Made by a program: the position numbers and the translations under genes. The notes below the pieces were generated by a model that was given only the letters and a program-made list of their open reading frames with translations, ran no database searches and had not been told where the DNA came from. 64,000 nt of DNA from an uncultured Bacteroidota bacterium (GTDB lineage Bacteria > Bacteroidota > Ignavibacteria > UBA10030): contig CAVYRP010000013.1 of NCBI GenBank assembly GCA_963770945.1, forward strand, positions 79,921 to 143,920, read 5' to 3'. Positions 28,406 to 38,618 of the stretch are shown piece by piece; position 1 is the stretch's first letter; every line of letters starts with the position of its first letter.

Positions 28406-31400
28406 TCACTTTATTCCAGCATGATATTCCTGCAGTGATTTCACTGAATATGCTCCATTGCGCCTTTCCTTAATTCCTATCGTAGCTGCTAGAGCGGCGG
28501 CAGTAGTTGTAATGTATTGAATTTTATATTTTATAGCATTTTTTCTGATATAGGAATCATCGTACTCGCTCATTTTTCCCGCAGGAGTATTTATGACAAG
28601 TTGAATTTCTCCGTTTTTAATAGCATCAACAATATTAGGCCTGCCTTCATAAATTTTCTTGATATGCTGTGATTTGATTCCATGACTGTTCAGAAAATTA
28701 TATGTGCCTTGCGTGGCAATGATCGTAAATCCCATTTCTTGAAAATGCCGTGCAGGTTCAAGGATTCCTTGTTTATCCCTATCAGCAATCGTAATCAGCA
28801 CATTGCCTGAAATAGGCAGACATAATTGAGTCGCTTCTTGTGATTTGTAATATGCTAATCCGAATGTTTCGGCCAATCCAAGCACTTCACCTGTAGACCG
28901 CATTTCCGGACCTAATACAGGATCGACGTCAGGGAACATATTAAACGGGAAGACGGATTCTTTTACTCCAAAGTGATCGAATATTTTGTTGACTAACCCG
29001 AACTCCGACAATTTTTTACCAAGCATAATTTGCGTCGCAATAGTTGCCATCGGAATATTGCATACTTTTGATACCAACGGAACAGTTCGCGATGCTCTTG
29101 GATTTGCTTCGAGAATATAGACTTGATCGTTGCAAATCGCATATTGAATATTCATCAGACCGACAACTTTCAATTCTATTGCGATCTTCCGCGTATAATC
29201 ACGGATCGTCTGCAGATGTTTTTCAGGAATATTAACTGGAGGAATGACGCATGCAGAATCGCCCGAATGTACTCCGGCATATTCAATATGCTCCATCACT
29301 GCAGGAACAAATGCATCCGTCCCGTCAGAAATGGCGTCGGCTTCCGCTTCTATCGCATTCTCGAGAAATTTATCGATAAGAATAGGCCTCTCGGGAGAAA
29401 TATCAACCGCTGCGGTGACATATTGCTGAAGCATTTCTTCATCCAAAACGATTTTCATTCCTCGACCGCCGAGGACATACGAAGGCCGTCACCATGAGCG
29501 GATAACCAATCCGGCCGGCTATTGCGAGAGCTTCTTTCATATTGCTTGCCATACCGGACTGCGGTTCAGGAATTCCTAATTTCTTCATAACTTGACGAAA
29601 TCGATCCCGATCTTCTGCAAGATCAATTGCATCAACACTTGTACCGAGTATTTTTACATTTGCCGCAGCCAAATCACCGGCAATATTTAATGGTGTCTGC
29701 CCTCCAAATTGAACAATAACACCTTCCGGTTTTTCTTTTTGATAAATACTTAATACATCTTCGACTGTGAGCGGTTCAAAATATAATTTATCGGATGTAT
29801 CGTAGTCGGTTGAAACGGTTTCAGGATTACAATTAACCATAATTGATTCGTACCCGGCATCGCGAATCGCAAATGCAGCATGCACACAGCAATAGTCAAA
29901 TTCAATTCCTTGACCGATACGGTTAGGCCCGCCTCCTAGCACCATGATTTTCTTCTTATTACTGATCGATACTTTATCCGGTGCATTATAGGTCGAAAAA
30001 TAATAAGCTGCATTCTTAACACCGCTAACCGGAACAGGTTCCCATGCTTCAGAAATCTTCAGCGAAATTCGCTTTGCTCTAATCTCTTTTTCCGGGCATG
30101 CCAGCAATTTTGAAAGATATTTATCGGCAAATCCGTATTTCTTTGCTTTTTCCAGCAAATCATCCGGCAATTTCTTTCCTTTATAGCCGATAATTTTTTC
30201 TTCTAACTCAACCAGCTCTTTCATTTGCCGATAAACCATGGCTTGATACTTGTCTTTTTAAAAAGTTCCTGTATGTCGGCGCCTTTTCGCAGCGCTTCAT
30301 ACATAATAAATTGACGCTCGCTTGAAGGGTATTGAAGCATATTCATTAATTCTTCAAGCGATTTTTTATTGAAATCCTTCGCGAAACCCAATCCGTAACG
30401 GCCTGTTTCAAGCGAACGAATGGACTTCTGAAATGCTTCCTTGTAATTTTTCCCGATACTCATGACCTCTCCCACAGCTTTCATTTGAGTTCCGAGTTTA
30501 TCCTCAAGGCCGTCAAATTTTTCAAATGCCCACTTCGCAAATTTTACGACCACATAATCGCCCGACGGCGTGTACTTATCGAGTGTTCCATCCCGCCAAT
30601 ATGGTATTTCATCCAATGTTAATCCGCCGGCAAGCATCGATGATACCAGCGCAATTGGAAATCCAGTCGCCTTCGATGCAAGTGCTGAAGAACGCGAGGT
30701 ACGCGGATTAATTTCTATCACCACAACGCGATCGGTTTTAGGATCATGTGCGAACTGCACATTCGTTCCGCCGATTACTTCAATGGCTTCTACGATGTCG
30801 TACGAATATTGCTGAAGTTTCTTTTGCAGATCAGGGGAAATCGTCAGCATCGGTGCCGTGCAAAAAGAATCACCGGTATGCACACCCATCGCGTCGACGT
30901 TTTCAATAAAACAAACGGTAATCATTTGGTTCTTGGCGTCACGCACAACTTCAAGTTCAAGTTCTTCCCATCCAAGCACCGATTCTTCAACTAAAATCTG
31001 ATGTACTAGACTTGCAGATAATCCGCGTGCAGCAATGGTTCGTAATTCTTCTATATTATAAACCAGACCGCCGCCCGTTCCTCCCATCGTATAGGCAGGC
31101 CGTATTACCACAGGGTACCCGAGTTCTTCGGCAACTTTTTCCGCGTCTTCAACGGTATTTACCGCTTTACTCTTGGGCATATCGATACCTAATCTGGTCA
31201 TCGTTTCCTTAAATGCCGTCCGATCTTCACCACGTTCGATTGCATCGATATTGACACCGATAACTTTAACGCCGTATTTTTCTAAAATGCCTTTTTTTGC
31301 CAGCAGTGAGGATAAATTCAAACCGGTTTGTCCTCCAAGATTGGGGAGAAGCGCGTCAGGTTTTTCCTTTTTAATTATTTCTGTCAGCGCATATTCATTT

Positions 31401-31606
31401 AACGGTTCGATGTATGTAACATCTGCCATGCCGGGATCGGTCATAATAGTTGCGGGATTTGAATTGACCAGAACTATTTTATACCCCATCGCTCGTAATG
31501 CCTTACATGCCTGCGTTCCTGAATAGTCAAATTCACATGCTTGACCAATAACGATGGGTCCCGATCCTATGATTAGAATCTTTTTAATATCTTCACGTCT
31601 TGACAT
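28406..31606 (-). CDS. carB: carbamoyl-phosphate synthase large subunit, frame broken twice (probable sequencing indels)
   Basis: The three pieces together give a complete CarB: two ATP-grasp halves, the oligomerisation domain and the MGS-like C-terminus. At about 30232, restoring one base gives WFIRQMKELVELEE (net -1). At about 29489, removing one base gives YPLMVRPSYVLGGRGMKIV (net +1). Confidence 0.95.
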
Positions 31607-31848
31607 TTATATTCCTGAAAGTGGTGAAATAATATTCTCTATTGACGATTAATTACCGGATCGATGAAAAGTATTCTGTAACCAATTTAAGCGAAAAAGG
31701 GTTAACATGAAATAGGATTGAGCAAGTAAATGGGCCGGATTATTGAATGAGGCGATTGGACTTGTTGGGAGACTTCATCGGGCTTATCGATGGTCTTGAA
31801 ATAATTAATAATGGAATAAGATTTCCGTAAAAGCTTATATGAATATAA

Positions 31849-32805
31849 TTATGGCACAAAAACACGCTGCTCGCCAATATCAAGTATTCCGACGCGATCT
31901 TCGATATGCCTTTCAAAAATTAATTGCTTCAATTGATCCTGTGCATACATCAATGAAGAGTCCATCCCCTGGACAAATGTGCGATGGTGGATAGGTACCA
32001 TTATCTTAGCTCTGCAATCATCAAATATTTGTAATGCTTCCTTTGGATCCGTATGTACTCGTCTCATGAAATCACGAGGTTCAACCGGAGCGATTGGTAT
32101 AATTGCAGCATCGATAACAAATTTGCTTCCAATATTTTTAAATATCTCGGGATCATAACCCGTGTCGCCGGCAAAATAAACTGTTTTTCCCCGGTACTCA
32201 ATTACATAACCTGTATAAGTATTGTAATCCAGCCATGCTGTATCAAACCCGTACCGCCCGTTAAAATGTTTTGCGGGAACGGCAGTGATGCGCACACCGT
32301 CTGCTTCAAACGTCTCCCATTTATTGATTTCCCTGTATTCTGTGAAACCGAATTCCGGTATATATTCTATTCCGCCCGTTGGGAGAAGTACTGCTGCAGT
32401 TTTCGGCAATAACGACAAACTGCTGTAGTTTAAATGGTCAAAATGAATATGGGAGATAAGAATATAATTTAATCGATCAATTGATGCAGCCGAAATACCC
32501 GGTTCTGTTCGGCGCTTGGAAATCATTCCTGCCGTGTTTGTAAATATTGGATCTGTGAGAAACACTTTATCTCCAATTTGGACCAAGCATGTCCCATGGC
32601 CAATCCACAGAATAGAGAGTCCGACTTGCTTAAAAACAGGATGTATAATCTTTGCCGTTACGGTATCGGGAATGAGAGGCAATTGTCCGATTGATTGAAC
32701 AATAAAGTTTGTTACGAAAGAATTGCAGCCCGCGGTAATGAGTGAACTGCAAATAATAAAAAATGAACAGCAGACAAACCGTGGAAATCGAGCTTTACTA
32801 TTCAT
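31849..32805 (-). CDS. MBL-fold metallo-hydrolase (exported/lipoprotein)
   Basis: Contains ISHIHFDH (the HxHxDH motif) and a signal/lipobox-like ITAGC. Confidence 0.75.
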   Translation of the reverse strand: MNSKARFPRFVCCSFFIICSSLITAGCNSFVTNFIVQSIGQLPLIPDTVTAKIIHPVFKQVGLSILWIGHGTCLVQIGDKVFLTDPIFTNTAGMISKRRTEPGISAASIDRLNYILISHIHFDHLNYSSLSLLPKTAAVLLPTGGIEYIPEFGFTEYREINKWETFEADGVRITAVPAKHFNGRYGFDTAWLDYNTYTGYVIEYRGKTVYFAGDTGYDPEIFKNIGSKFVIDAAIIPIAPVEPRDFMRRVHTDPKEALQIFDDCRAKIMVPIHHRTFVQGMDSSLMYAQDQLKQLIFERHIEDRVGILDIGEQRVFVP

Positions 32806-32814
32806 ATAGAAAGA

Positions 32815-33396
32815 CTAGAAGAATCTGAATTCGATAGCATTTATCCAGATCTTACCGGACGGACTATACTTAATATTGTAATGAAGAAAACCAAAAAGTG
32901 TTGAAAATCCGCCGATGATATAGTTAGAAGAAATCCCTGCAATTGTATAACGCGCAATGCCGAAATTTAAACCTAAATATTCGCCATACTCGACTAGCGG
33001 CAGGTGTGCCAATGTTTGTCCGGAAAAACCCCAATAACTCGTTCCAATCTTGCTGGTATACAGTTGTGCGGAGAATATCAATTCAATTGAACCTGTAAAC
33101 CTTTCAGGCTGTGTTACTTTAAAGAAATGCCAATGCGGGTCAAGTTTATTCATACCGAATGAAAACAGCACCGGTGCAGTTTCCCATTCAAAAGCAAAAT
33201 TTGTCTGCCGCTGAAAACTCGTCCAGGAATAACTTGGGAGCGCTTGTTGTATAATCCAAGAACCGGAAATTCCATTTTGATGTTTCTGTTCTTGAGATAG
33301 GGCTGATTGCAGGAAAGTAAAGAACAGGATTGCAGTAAAAAATAATTTTCGATAATGCGAAGAGGTCCGTAATGAGATCATTTTATTAAAATACAC
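32815..33396 (-). CDS. hypothetical outer-membrane beta-barrel-like protein
   Basis: Signal peptide present, with alternating beta-strand pattern. The C-terminus is IEFRFF (terminal aromatic). Its end lies 9 nt upstream of the MBL hydrolase gene. Confidence 0.5.
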   Translation of the reverse strand: MYFNKMISLRTSSHYRKLFFTAILFFTFLQSALSQEQKHQNGISGSWIIQQALPSYSWTSFQRQTNFAFEWETAPVLFSFGMNKLDPHWHFFKVTQPERFTGSIELIFSAQLYTSKIGTSYWGFSGQTLAHLPLVEYGEYLGLNFGIARYTIAGISSNYIIGGFSTLFGFLHYNIKYSPSGKIWINAIEFRFF

Positions 33397-33457
33397 TGAA
33401 GAACATTTATATAATTATTATCTTTAAATATGCAAAAACAATTAAAGCATCCAAGAT

Positions 33458-34087
33458 TTATTTTAAAAGTTTATTTTTATATGCATATTTGATTATATCG
33501 GCGTTGGATTTTACATGAAGTTTCTCCATAATCCTTTTTCGGTAGGAGTTTACCGTATTTGACGTAATTTTAAACTCACCGGCTATTTCTTTTGAACTTT
33601 TTCCATCCGTCATTCTTTGCAGAATTTCGAACTCACGGTCTGACAGCTTATCGTGTTTTGGCCGGTTAATCGATTCATCAACGAGATCCGGAATTTCTTG
33701 CTGTACTTCCGGACTAAAATATCTCAGACCCCGCGAAACCGCTCGAATGGCTTTTAGAAATTCCTCTGCCGGCTCGGATTTTGTCATGTAACCGGTCGCT
33801 CCCGCCTGAAGTATCCTGCGGGCATATTGTGAAACAGGAACCATGCTCAGAACCAGAATGGGAAGACTCGGCTGCGAACTCCTTATAGATGTGAGCAGTT
33901 CTAGTCCGCTTTTTCCCGGAAGATTGACATCGAGTATCACAAGATCATATTTCCCATTTTCCATTTGCTCCATCGCGGCTTCATACGTACCTGCCCAAAC
34001 AATTTTGGAAGTAGAAAAATTATCCGCAAGTATCCGGATTATCCCTTCACGTGTAAATTCGTGATCATCGACCACAAGCACTCTCAT
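33458..34087 (-). CDS. NarL/LuxR-type response regulator
   Basis: REC domain (VVDDH...DLVILDVNLPGKSG) plus a C-terminal LuxR HTH (LSDREFEILQRMTDGKSSKEIAGEFKITSNTVNSYRKRIMEKL). Confidence 0.92.
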   Translation of the reverse strand: MRVLVVDDHEFTREGIIRILADNFSTSKIVWAGTYEAAMEQMENGKYDLVILDVNLPGKSGLELLTSIRSSQPSLPILVLSMVPVSQYARRILQAGATGYMTKSEPAEEFLKAIRAVSRGLRYFSPEVQQEIPDLVDESINRPKHDKLSDREFEILQRMTDGKSSKEIAGEFKITSNTVNSYRKRIMEKLHVKSNADIIKYAYKNKLLK

Positions 34088-34114
34088 AACGCACTACCCC
34101 TCCTTTGCCCGTGA

Positions 34115-35511
34115 TTAAGTTTTATTCTGCAACGGTGTATCCAAGATGACCTGCGTTCCCTTCCCCGGGCTTCCATGAATTGACGCATTTCCACCTATCA
34201 TCCTTGCACGTTCACGTATACTCAAAAGACCCAAAGACTCCGGATGTTCCAGCAAAACTTTATCGAAACCTTTACCGTTATCTATAATTTCTACATGCAG
34301 CAGGTTATCGCGAAGCTCCATATTTACATCAACAGAGGTTGCTTGTGCATGGCGCGCGACATTTGTTAGCGATTCCTGAACAATTCGATAGACTCCTGTA
34401 GTAACAGATTCATCTGCAGCAGGAAGTTCCGAAAGTTTATGAAATCGTGTTTCGATGCCTGTACGTTTTTTAAACTCATTGGTTTGCCATTCAAGAGCAA
34501 CTGCTAAACCAAAACTATCTAAAATTTTCGGACGAAGTTCGGCTGAGATACGTTGCACGACCTTAGTCGTCGAATCAACCAAATCCCGCATAGCTTGGAA
34601 ACGCTGTGCAACTTCACCGTGTGCAGAAGTATGCTGCTCCAGCCAAAGAAGATCATATTTTATACTTGTAAGAGTTCCGCCAAGTTCGTCGTGCAATTCA
34701 CGGGCAATTCGTTTTTGTTCATCTTCCCGCGTCGATTGGAGTTTTTCCGAGAACAACTGCATCTGACGAATTCGCTCACGCTGCGCCGTTTCAACCTTGC
34801 GGTGATTGCGTACCATCATAAGGACAAAAAAAGTAATCAATCCGAGAAATATTATGGTGACACAAAATATTACTATTATTATTGCCGCGTTTGAGGACAC
34901 ATGATACCTATCGTAAAAAGAATGTTGGAAATTATTATAAGAATCCAATTTATGGAATAAAGGATCTGACCTTCTCCGGCCTGAGTAAAGAATACACCTG
35001 TCAAGGCGGTCGGTATTAATGTACCGGTATAATTTAGTATCATTGCAATCAATATCCAAAATCGTGCAAATTGTAAGAGAGATTGTGTATAATTTTCAAT
35101 AACAACAAATAATGTGTATCCAGCACTGAGTGCAAGAATGGCTTGAGAGACACTCGATGTGATAGAATAAAATCCGCTGATCGGCTCAAATGTAATCTTA
35201 GAAAAGAGCCAAAACACAATGTAGAACCATAATATTGCATTCAAGAGTCTTTTTATTTTACGCGAGTCTTGCCAGGTGCATATTATCAGCATCATAATGA
35301 TATATTCAACAAGCGTATTAACATGTATTATTATTGTCCATTTATTGATAGTGAACCAGCTGACAACAACGGCAATAATAAATCCAAGAATAAGATAGAT
35401 AACGAGAAGCTTCAATTCTCGGCTGAGAATTCCTAGTCTATATATACCTACAAAAACTGGTATCAGAAGACTAATAATCGAAATGTTCAAAAGTATTGGA
35501 TATTGTGTCAT
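34115..35511 (-). CDS. sensor histidine kinase (HisKA_3 + HATPase_c) with polytopic N-terminal membrane domain, frame broken once
   Basis: ORF 34879..35511 gives about 6 TM helices. ORF 34115..35059 gives a further TM helix, the H-box ARELHDELGGTLTS and an ATPase domain. The frames meet near 34900 (net -1). Confidence 0.8.
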
Positions 35512-35519
35512 TCATAAGA

Positions 35520-35543
35520 AAACGCATATATTAAAATGCGTTT
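35520..35543 (-). other. hairpin immediately upstream of the kinase start codon
   Basis: On the minus strand an 8-bp stem joins aaacgcat to atgcgttt with loop tttaatat. It is followed by tcttatga and then the ATG at 35511. It could be the terminator of an upstream unit or a leader structure. Confidence 0.35.
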
Positions 35544-36005
35544 CTTAATAAAGAATATAATAAAACTTTTACTCTGTTAGGCAACTTATGATAATTCAGA
35601 TTGGTAGAATAACACACAGAATAGACGTTTATCCAGACAAGATGAACAATCGATTTACAAATTCATTAAATGACCATAATAGAATTAATTGATCCTTTCT
35701 CTCTAATAAGAATCCTGCCCTTTTTGATGCATGATTCAGACTTCCATACTCGGTTACGAGAACCGGTATATTATTCTCTGTTTAGTTCTTCAGATCGTAA
35801 ATAGTAATTTATAATAGCATCGTATCTTATACCATCCGCTAAATTTCCAAACAATGGTTATATCAGAATATTTCAGCACATCGTATTTAACTCCTCCCCA
35901 GCTGTAGGGAAATAATTCGCATCATTTCATATAATTTAAAAGATACTGATGCTGCTTCTATAGTGTTCAAAAAGAAAGAAATTATTTATTGCTTTTGACC
36001 ACTTG

Positions 36006-36188
36006 TTATACTTTTGGTGGCGGAGGAGGAGTTGGGACAACGGATGCGATTAATTCATTTCCCGTTTTGTCAACCCCAAATATTTTAAATACAGATCTAC
36101 CTGATTGATTCATTGAAGCGTAGATAAAAAGTGAAATTGCAAATAGTGAAATGATCGAAATGGCGGTAAAAATTTTCCTGATTGACAT
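36006..36188 (-). CDS. small membrane/secreted protein ending in PTPPPPPKV (sORF2)
   Basis: 60 aa. ATG is preceded by AAAGGAG plus 6 nt. Has an N-terminal hydrophobic helix IFTAISIISLFAISLFIYA. Confidence 0.4.
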   Translation of the reverse strand: MSIRKIFTAISIISLFAISLFIYASMNQSGRSVFKIFGVDKTGNELIASVVPTPPPPPKV

Positions 36189-36250
36189 TTGAATCTCCTT
36201 TAAAAGTTAGTGGCACAAAATGTTTATTTATAGATAAAAAAATTAGTGAG

Positions 36251-36313
36251 TTATTTGTCTGGATTCTTTTGTGGCGGAGGACGACTTTTCTGCAATTTGA
36301 TAATTTTAAACAT
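36251..36313 (-). CDS. candidate 20-aa peptide MFKIIKLQKSRPPPQKNPDK (sORF1)
   Basis: ATG is preceded by GAAGGAG plus 6 nt. It shares the DNA motif cctccgccac(a/c)aaaag with sORF2. Too short for the ORF track. Confidence 0.25.
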   Translation of the reverse strand: MFKIIKLQKSRPPPQKNPDK

Positions 36314-36840
36314 TTGGGACTCCTTCAATACAACTCAAGAATTGACATCCACAGTAAGAAAATCTATGATAATTAAAGGACCTTTTTATAATACCGATCG
36401 GCCCTTGCAGGTTGTCGATTTTTGAAGCAGGCAAATACTGTAATCGTTATTTGCGCATAAAAGTTACTTCATCAGATACAATTATTCTGTCGTATTTTAA
36501 CAAATTGGTTGTAACGATTTCGTTACACACACTGTCGTAAATTACTTAGAAAACGAAGTAAAAGAGGCAATAATGGTGAATGAGAGGCCTTTACATGTAT
36601 TTAACATACTGAACACCTTTCATATATCGACGGCTTTCCATCAAACGTCGGGTTATATTGATACGCATTTCTGATTTCTTATGCAAGCAATACATTTAGC
36701 TGTATCTACCAGGAGAATATTGCATATTGCCAAAGAAAGCTTGCATGATATTAAAAAGGCTGAAATATTTACACTACTGAAAAAACTACACTATCAGACG
36801 AAATAACCATTTTTGAATTATAAAAGAATCATTTGATACA

Positions 36841-36869
36841 TTGACATTCATTCCCTTGCTTCGTATTTT
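36841..36869 (+). promoter_or_regulatory. sigma70-like promoter candidate upstream of the SDR gene
   Basis: TTGACA (36841..36846), a 17-nt spacer, then TATTTT (36864..36869). It lies about 47 nt upstream of the ATG at 36916. Confidence 0.3.
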
Positions 36870-36915
36870 TCCGATGTTAAGAAATTTCTAATATATCTTC
36901 TATCCTTGGATAAAT

Positions 36916-37698
36916 ATGACAACGCTTACCAAATCTCTTGTTTTTATTACAGGTGCCAGCAGCGGTATCGGACGTTCTTGTGCATATAAATTTGCTGAAG
37001 CAGGCGCCAGGCTCATTTTGGTCGCCCGGCGCAGAGAACGATTGGAAAAACTGGCGGCAGAATTTAAAAATCGATTTAAAACAGAATCATATATCGAAGC
37101 GCTCGACGTGAGGGACAGGCATGCAGTAATAAAATTTGCTCAGAAACTCCCAAAAGAATGGCAGAATATCGACATTCTTATCAATAACGCTGGATTGAGC
37201 CGCGGACTTCAAAAACTGCACGAAGGTCAATTTGAAGATTGGGAGGAAATGATCGACACGAATGTTAAGGGATTGCTTTATGTCAGCCGTGCTATACTAC
37301 CTGGGATGGTAGAACGAAAAAAGGGGACAGTTATTAACATCGGTTCTATTGCCGGACATGATGTGTATCCCGGCGGAAATGTCTACTGCGCTACCAAACA
37401 TGCCGTTGATGCACTTACAAAAGGCATGCGTATGGATCTTGTCGATACTCCCATCCGCGTTTGTACGATTGATCCCGGTTTAGTTGAAACAGAATTCAGT
37501 GAAGTCCGTTTCCATGGTGATAGAGAACGTGCAAAAAAAACGTATCAGAATATGACTCCATTGACACCTGAAGATATAGCCGATGCTGTCTTCTATGCAG
37601 CTACTAGACCGGCACATGTACAAATCGCAGAGCTGATTATAATGCCGACCACACAAGCATCAACAACACTTGTGCATCGCTCTATTTCTATCAGTTGA
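36916..37698 (+). CDS. SDR-family NAD(P)-dependent oxidoreductase (YdfG-like)
   Basis: Contains TGASSGIGRS, NNAG and YCATKHAV (YxxxK). Confidence 0.88.
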   Translation: MTTLTKSLVFITGASSGIGRSCAYKFAEAGARLILVARRRERLEKLAAEFKNRFKTESYIEALDVRDRHAVIKFAQKLPKEWQNIDILINNAGLSRGLQKLHEGQFEDWEEMIDTNVKGLLYVSRAILPGMVERKKGTVINIGSIAGHDVYPGGNVYCATKHAVDALTKGMRMDLVDTPIRVCTIDPGLVETEFSEVRFHGDRERAKKTYQNMTPLTPEDIADAVFYAATRPAHVQIAELIIMPTTQASTTLVHRSISIS

Positions 37699-37936
37699 AC
37701 ATATCGAATATCTGCACTTTCTTTTTTGATCCTGCAGAGTTTTATAAATGTAATTCTTCGAGAAGCAAATTTCTCTATTTTTTCCCCTTTTTGGTATAAA
37801 AACCGTGTAACGATAAATTGACAATCAACTTGTTATAATACTACACACAATTTCTTTGTCTTTATATAAATATCTCTTATATACTTTATAGTTGGTAATT
37901 TCGTTCTTTTAAAAATGCGAATGGGCTCAATATTAT

Positions 37937-38061
37937 CCTGTGTTGGTATTAATTTTAAGGTTGGAATATAAACAAACGTCCTCGATCCCGCGCGCCAACA
38001 CAGGTAATGAGACTCAGGGAGGGATAGTCTCACCAAGGATTTGGGTTCCCATCGAGGACGT
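37937..38061. ncRNA. candidate structured element (unclassified): GC-rich island with interleaved perfect helices
   Basis: H1 is a 10-bp helix joining cctgtgttgg (37937..37946) to ccaacacagg (37995..38004). H2 is an 11-bp helix joining acgtcctcgat (37976..37986) to atcgaggacgt (38051..38061). H3 joins tgagac (38008..38013) to gtctca (38027..38032) around a G-rich 13-nt loop. The strand and the level (RNA or DNA) are unknown. Confidence 0.3.
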
Positions 38062-38315
38062 TCTATATATAGTGTACTAAAACGATTCTGAAGGTGCAAG
38101 CAGTTTTTAAGATGTTTCTAATAATCTGTGATAAAACGCACGAATTACACGTCAAAAGACAATCAAAAATTAGTATCAAACAACTTATTGGTGTTTGGTT
38201 TTTACACTGTTTGGGGAAAGGGCAGAAAAGAACATATTGCTATATAGACCTATAGCATTGAAATGCAGGATCAATAATTACGATAACTAAATTGATCAAG
38301 AAAGGAGATTCCAGT

Positions 38316-38618
38316 ATGTCCGTTGATAACATTCTCCACGAAGCTTCTGCAGTCTTAGATGCTGCATTAAGGTATTCCTCAAAATTTCCCGAGGCCGATG
38401 AAATCGATCACCATATTTATCGCATGCGCGTGCTTATTACACGTGTTGCCGCACATAGTTATACGACACTAGGTAATAGTACAAATGTCGAAGCTGAACT
38501 GAGAGAACTTCAGGATATAAAAGATTTTGTATTGAAGACAGTGGAAAAACGGTTTGGCGGCATAAATATGCTGCTTGATGAATTCCGTAATACCCAAAAA
38601 TCGACGATGTCTTCATAA
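38316..38618 (+). CDS. hypothetical small helical protein
   Basis: ATG at 38316 is preceded by AAAGGAG. 100 aa, no family recognised. A short hairpin gtcttc/gaagac overlaps the stop. Confidence 0.5.
   Translation: MSVDNILHEASAVLDAALRYSSKFPEADEIDHHIYRMRVLITRVAAHSYTTLGNSTNVEAELRELQDIKDFVLKTVEKRFGGINMLLDEFRNTQKSTMSS

Noticed and set aside
28406-31606. carB in three pieces as a naturally split carbamoyl-phosphate synthase, since split carB genes exist in some Aquificae and archaea.
   Set aside because: The junctions fall inside conserved sequence with overlapping frames, and the downstream pieces have no start codon or RBS logic. Correcting a single base at each site restores continuous conserved sequence (YPLMVRPSYVLGGRGMKIV and WFIRQMKELVELEE).
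37976-38061. The 86-nt segment closed by the 11-bp helix as a tRNA or tRNA-like gene.
   Set aside because: On neither strand can a 7/4/5/5-bp cloverleaf be drawn. There is no GTTCRA T-loop and no GG D-loop, and the central hairpin has a 6-bp stem with a 13-nt loop.
37833-38099. The 88-aa ORF on the minus strand spanning the structured element.
   Set aside because: It has no SD, its composition is odd, it is bounded by AT-rich non-coding sequence, and its only GC-rich part is the inverted-repeat element itself.
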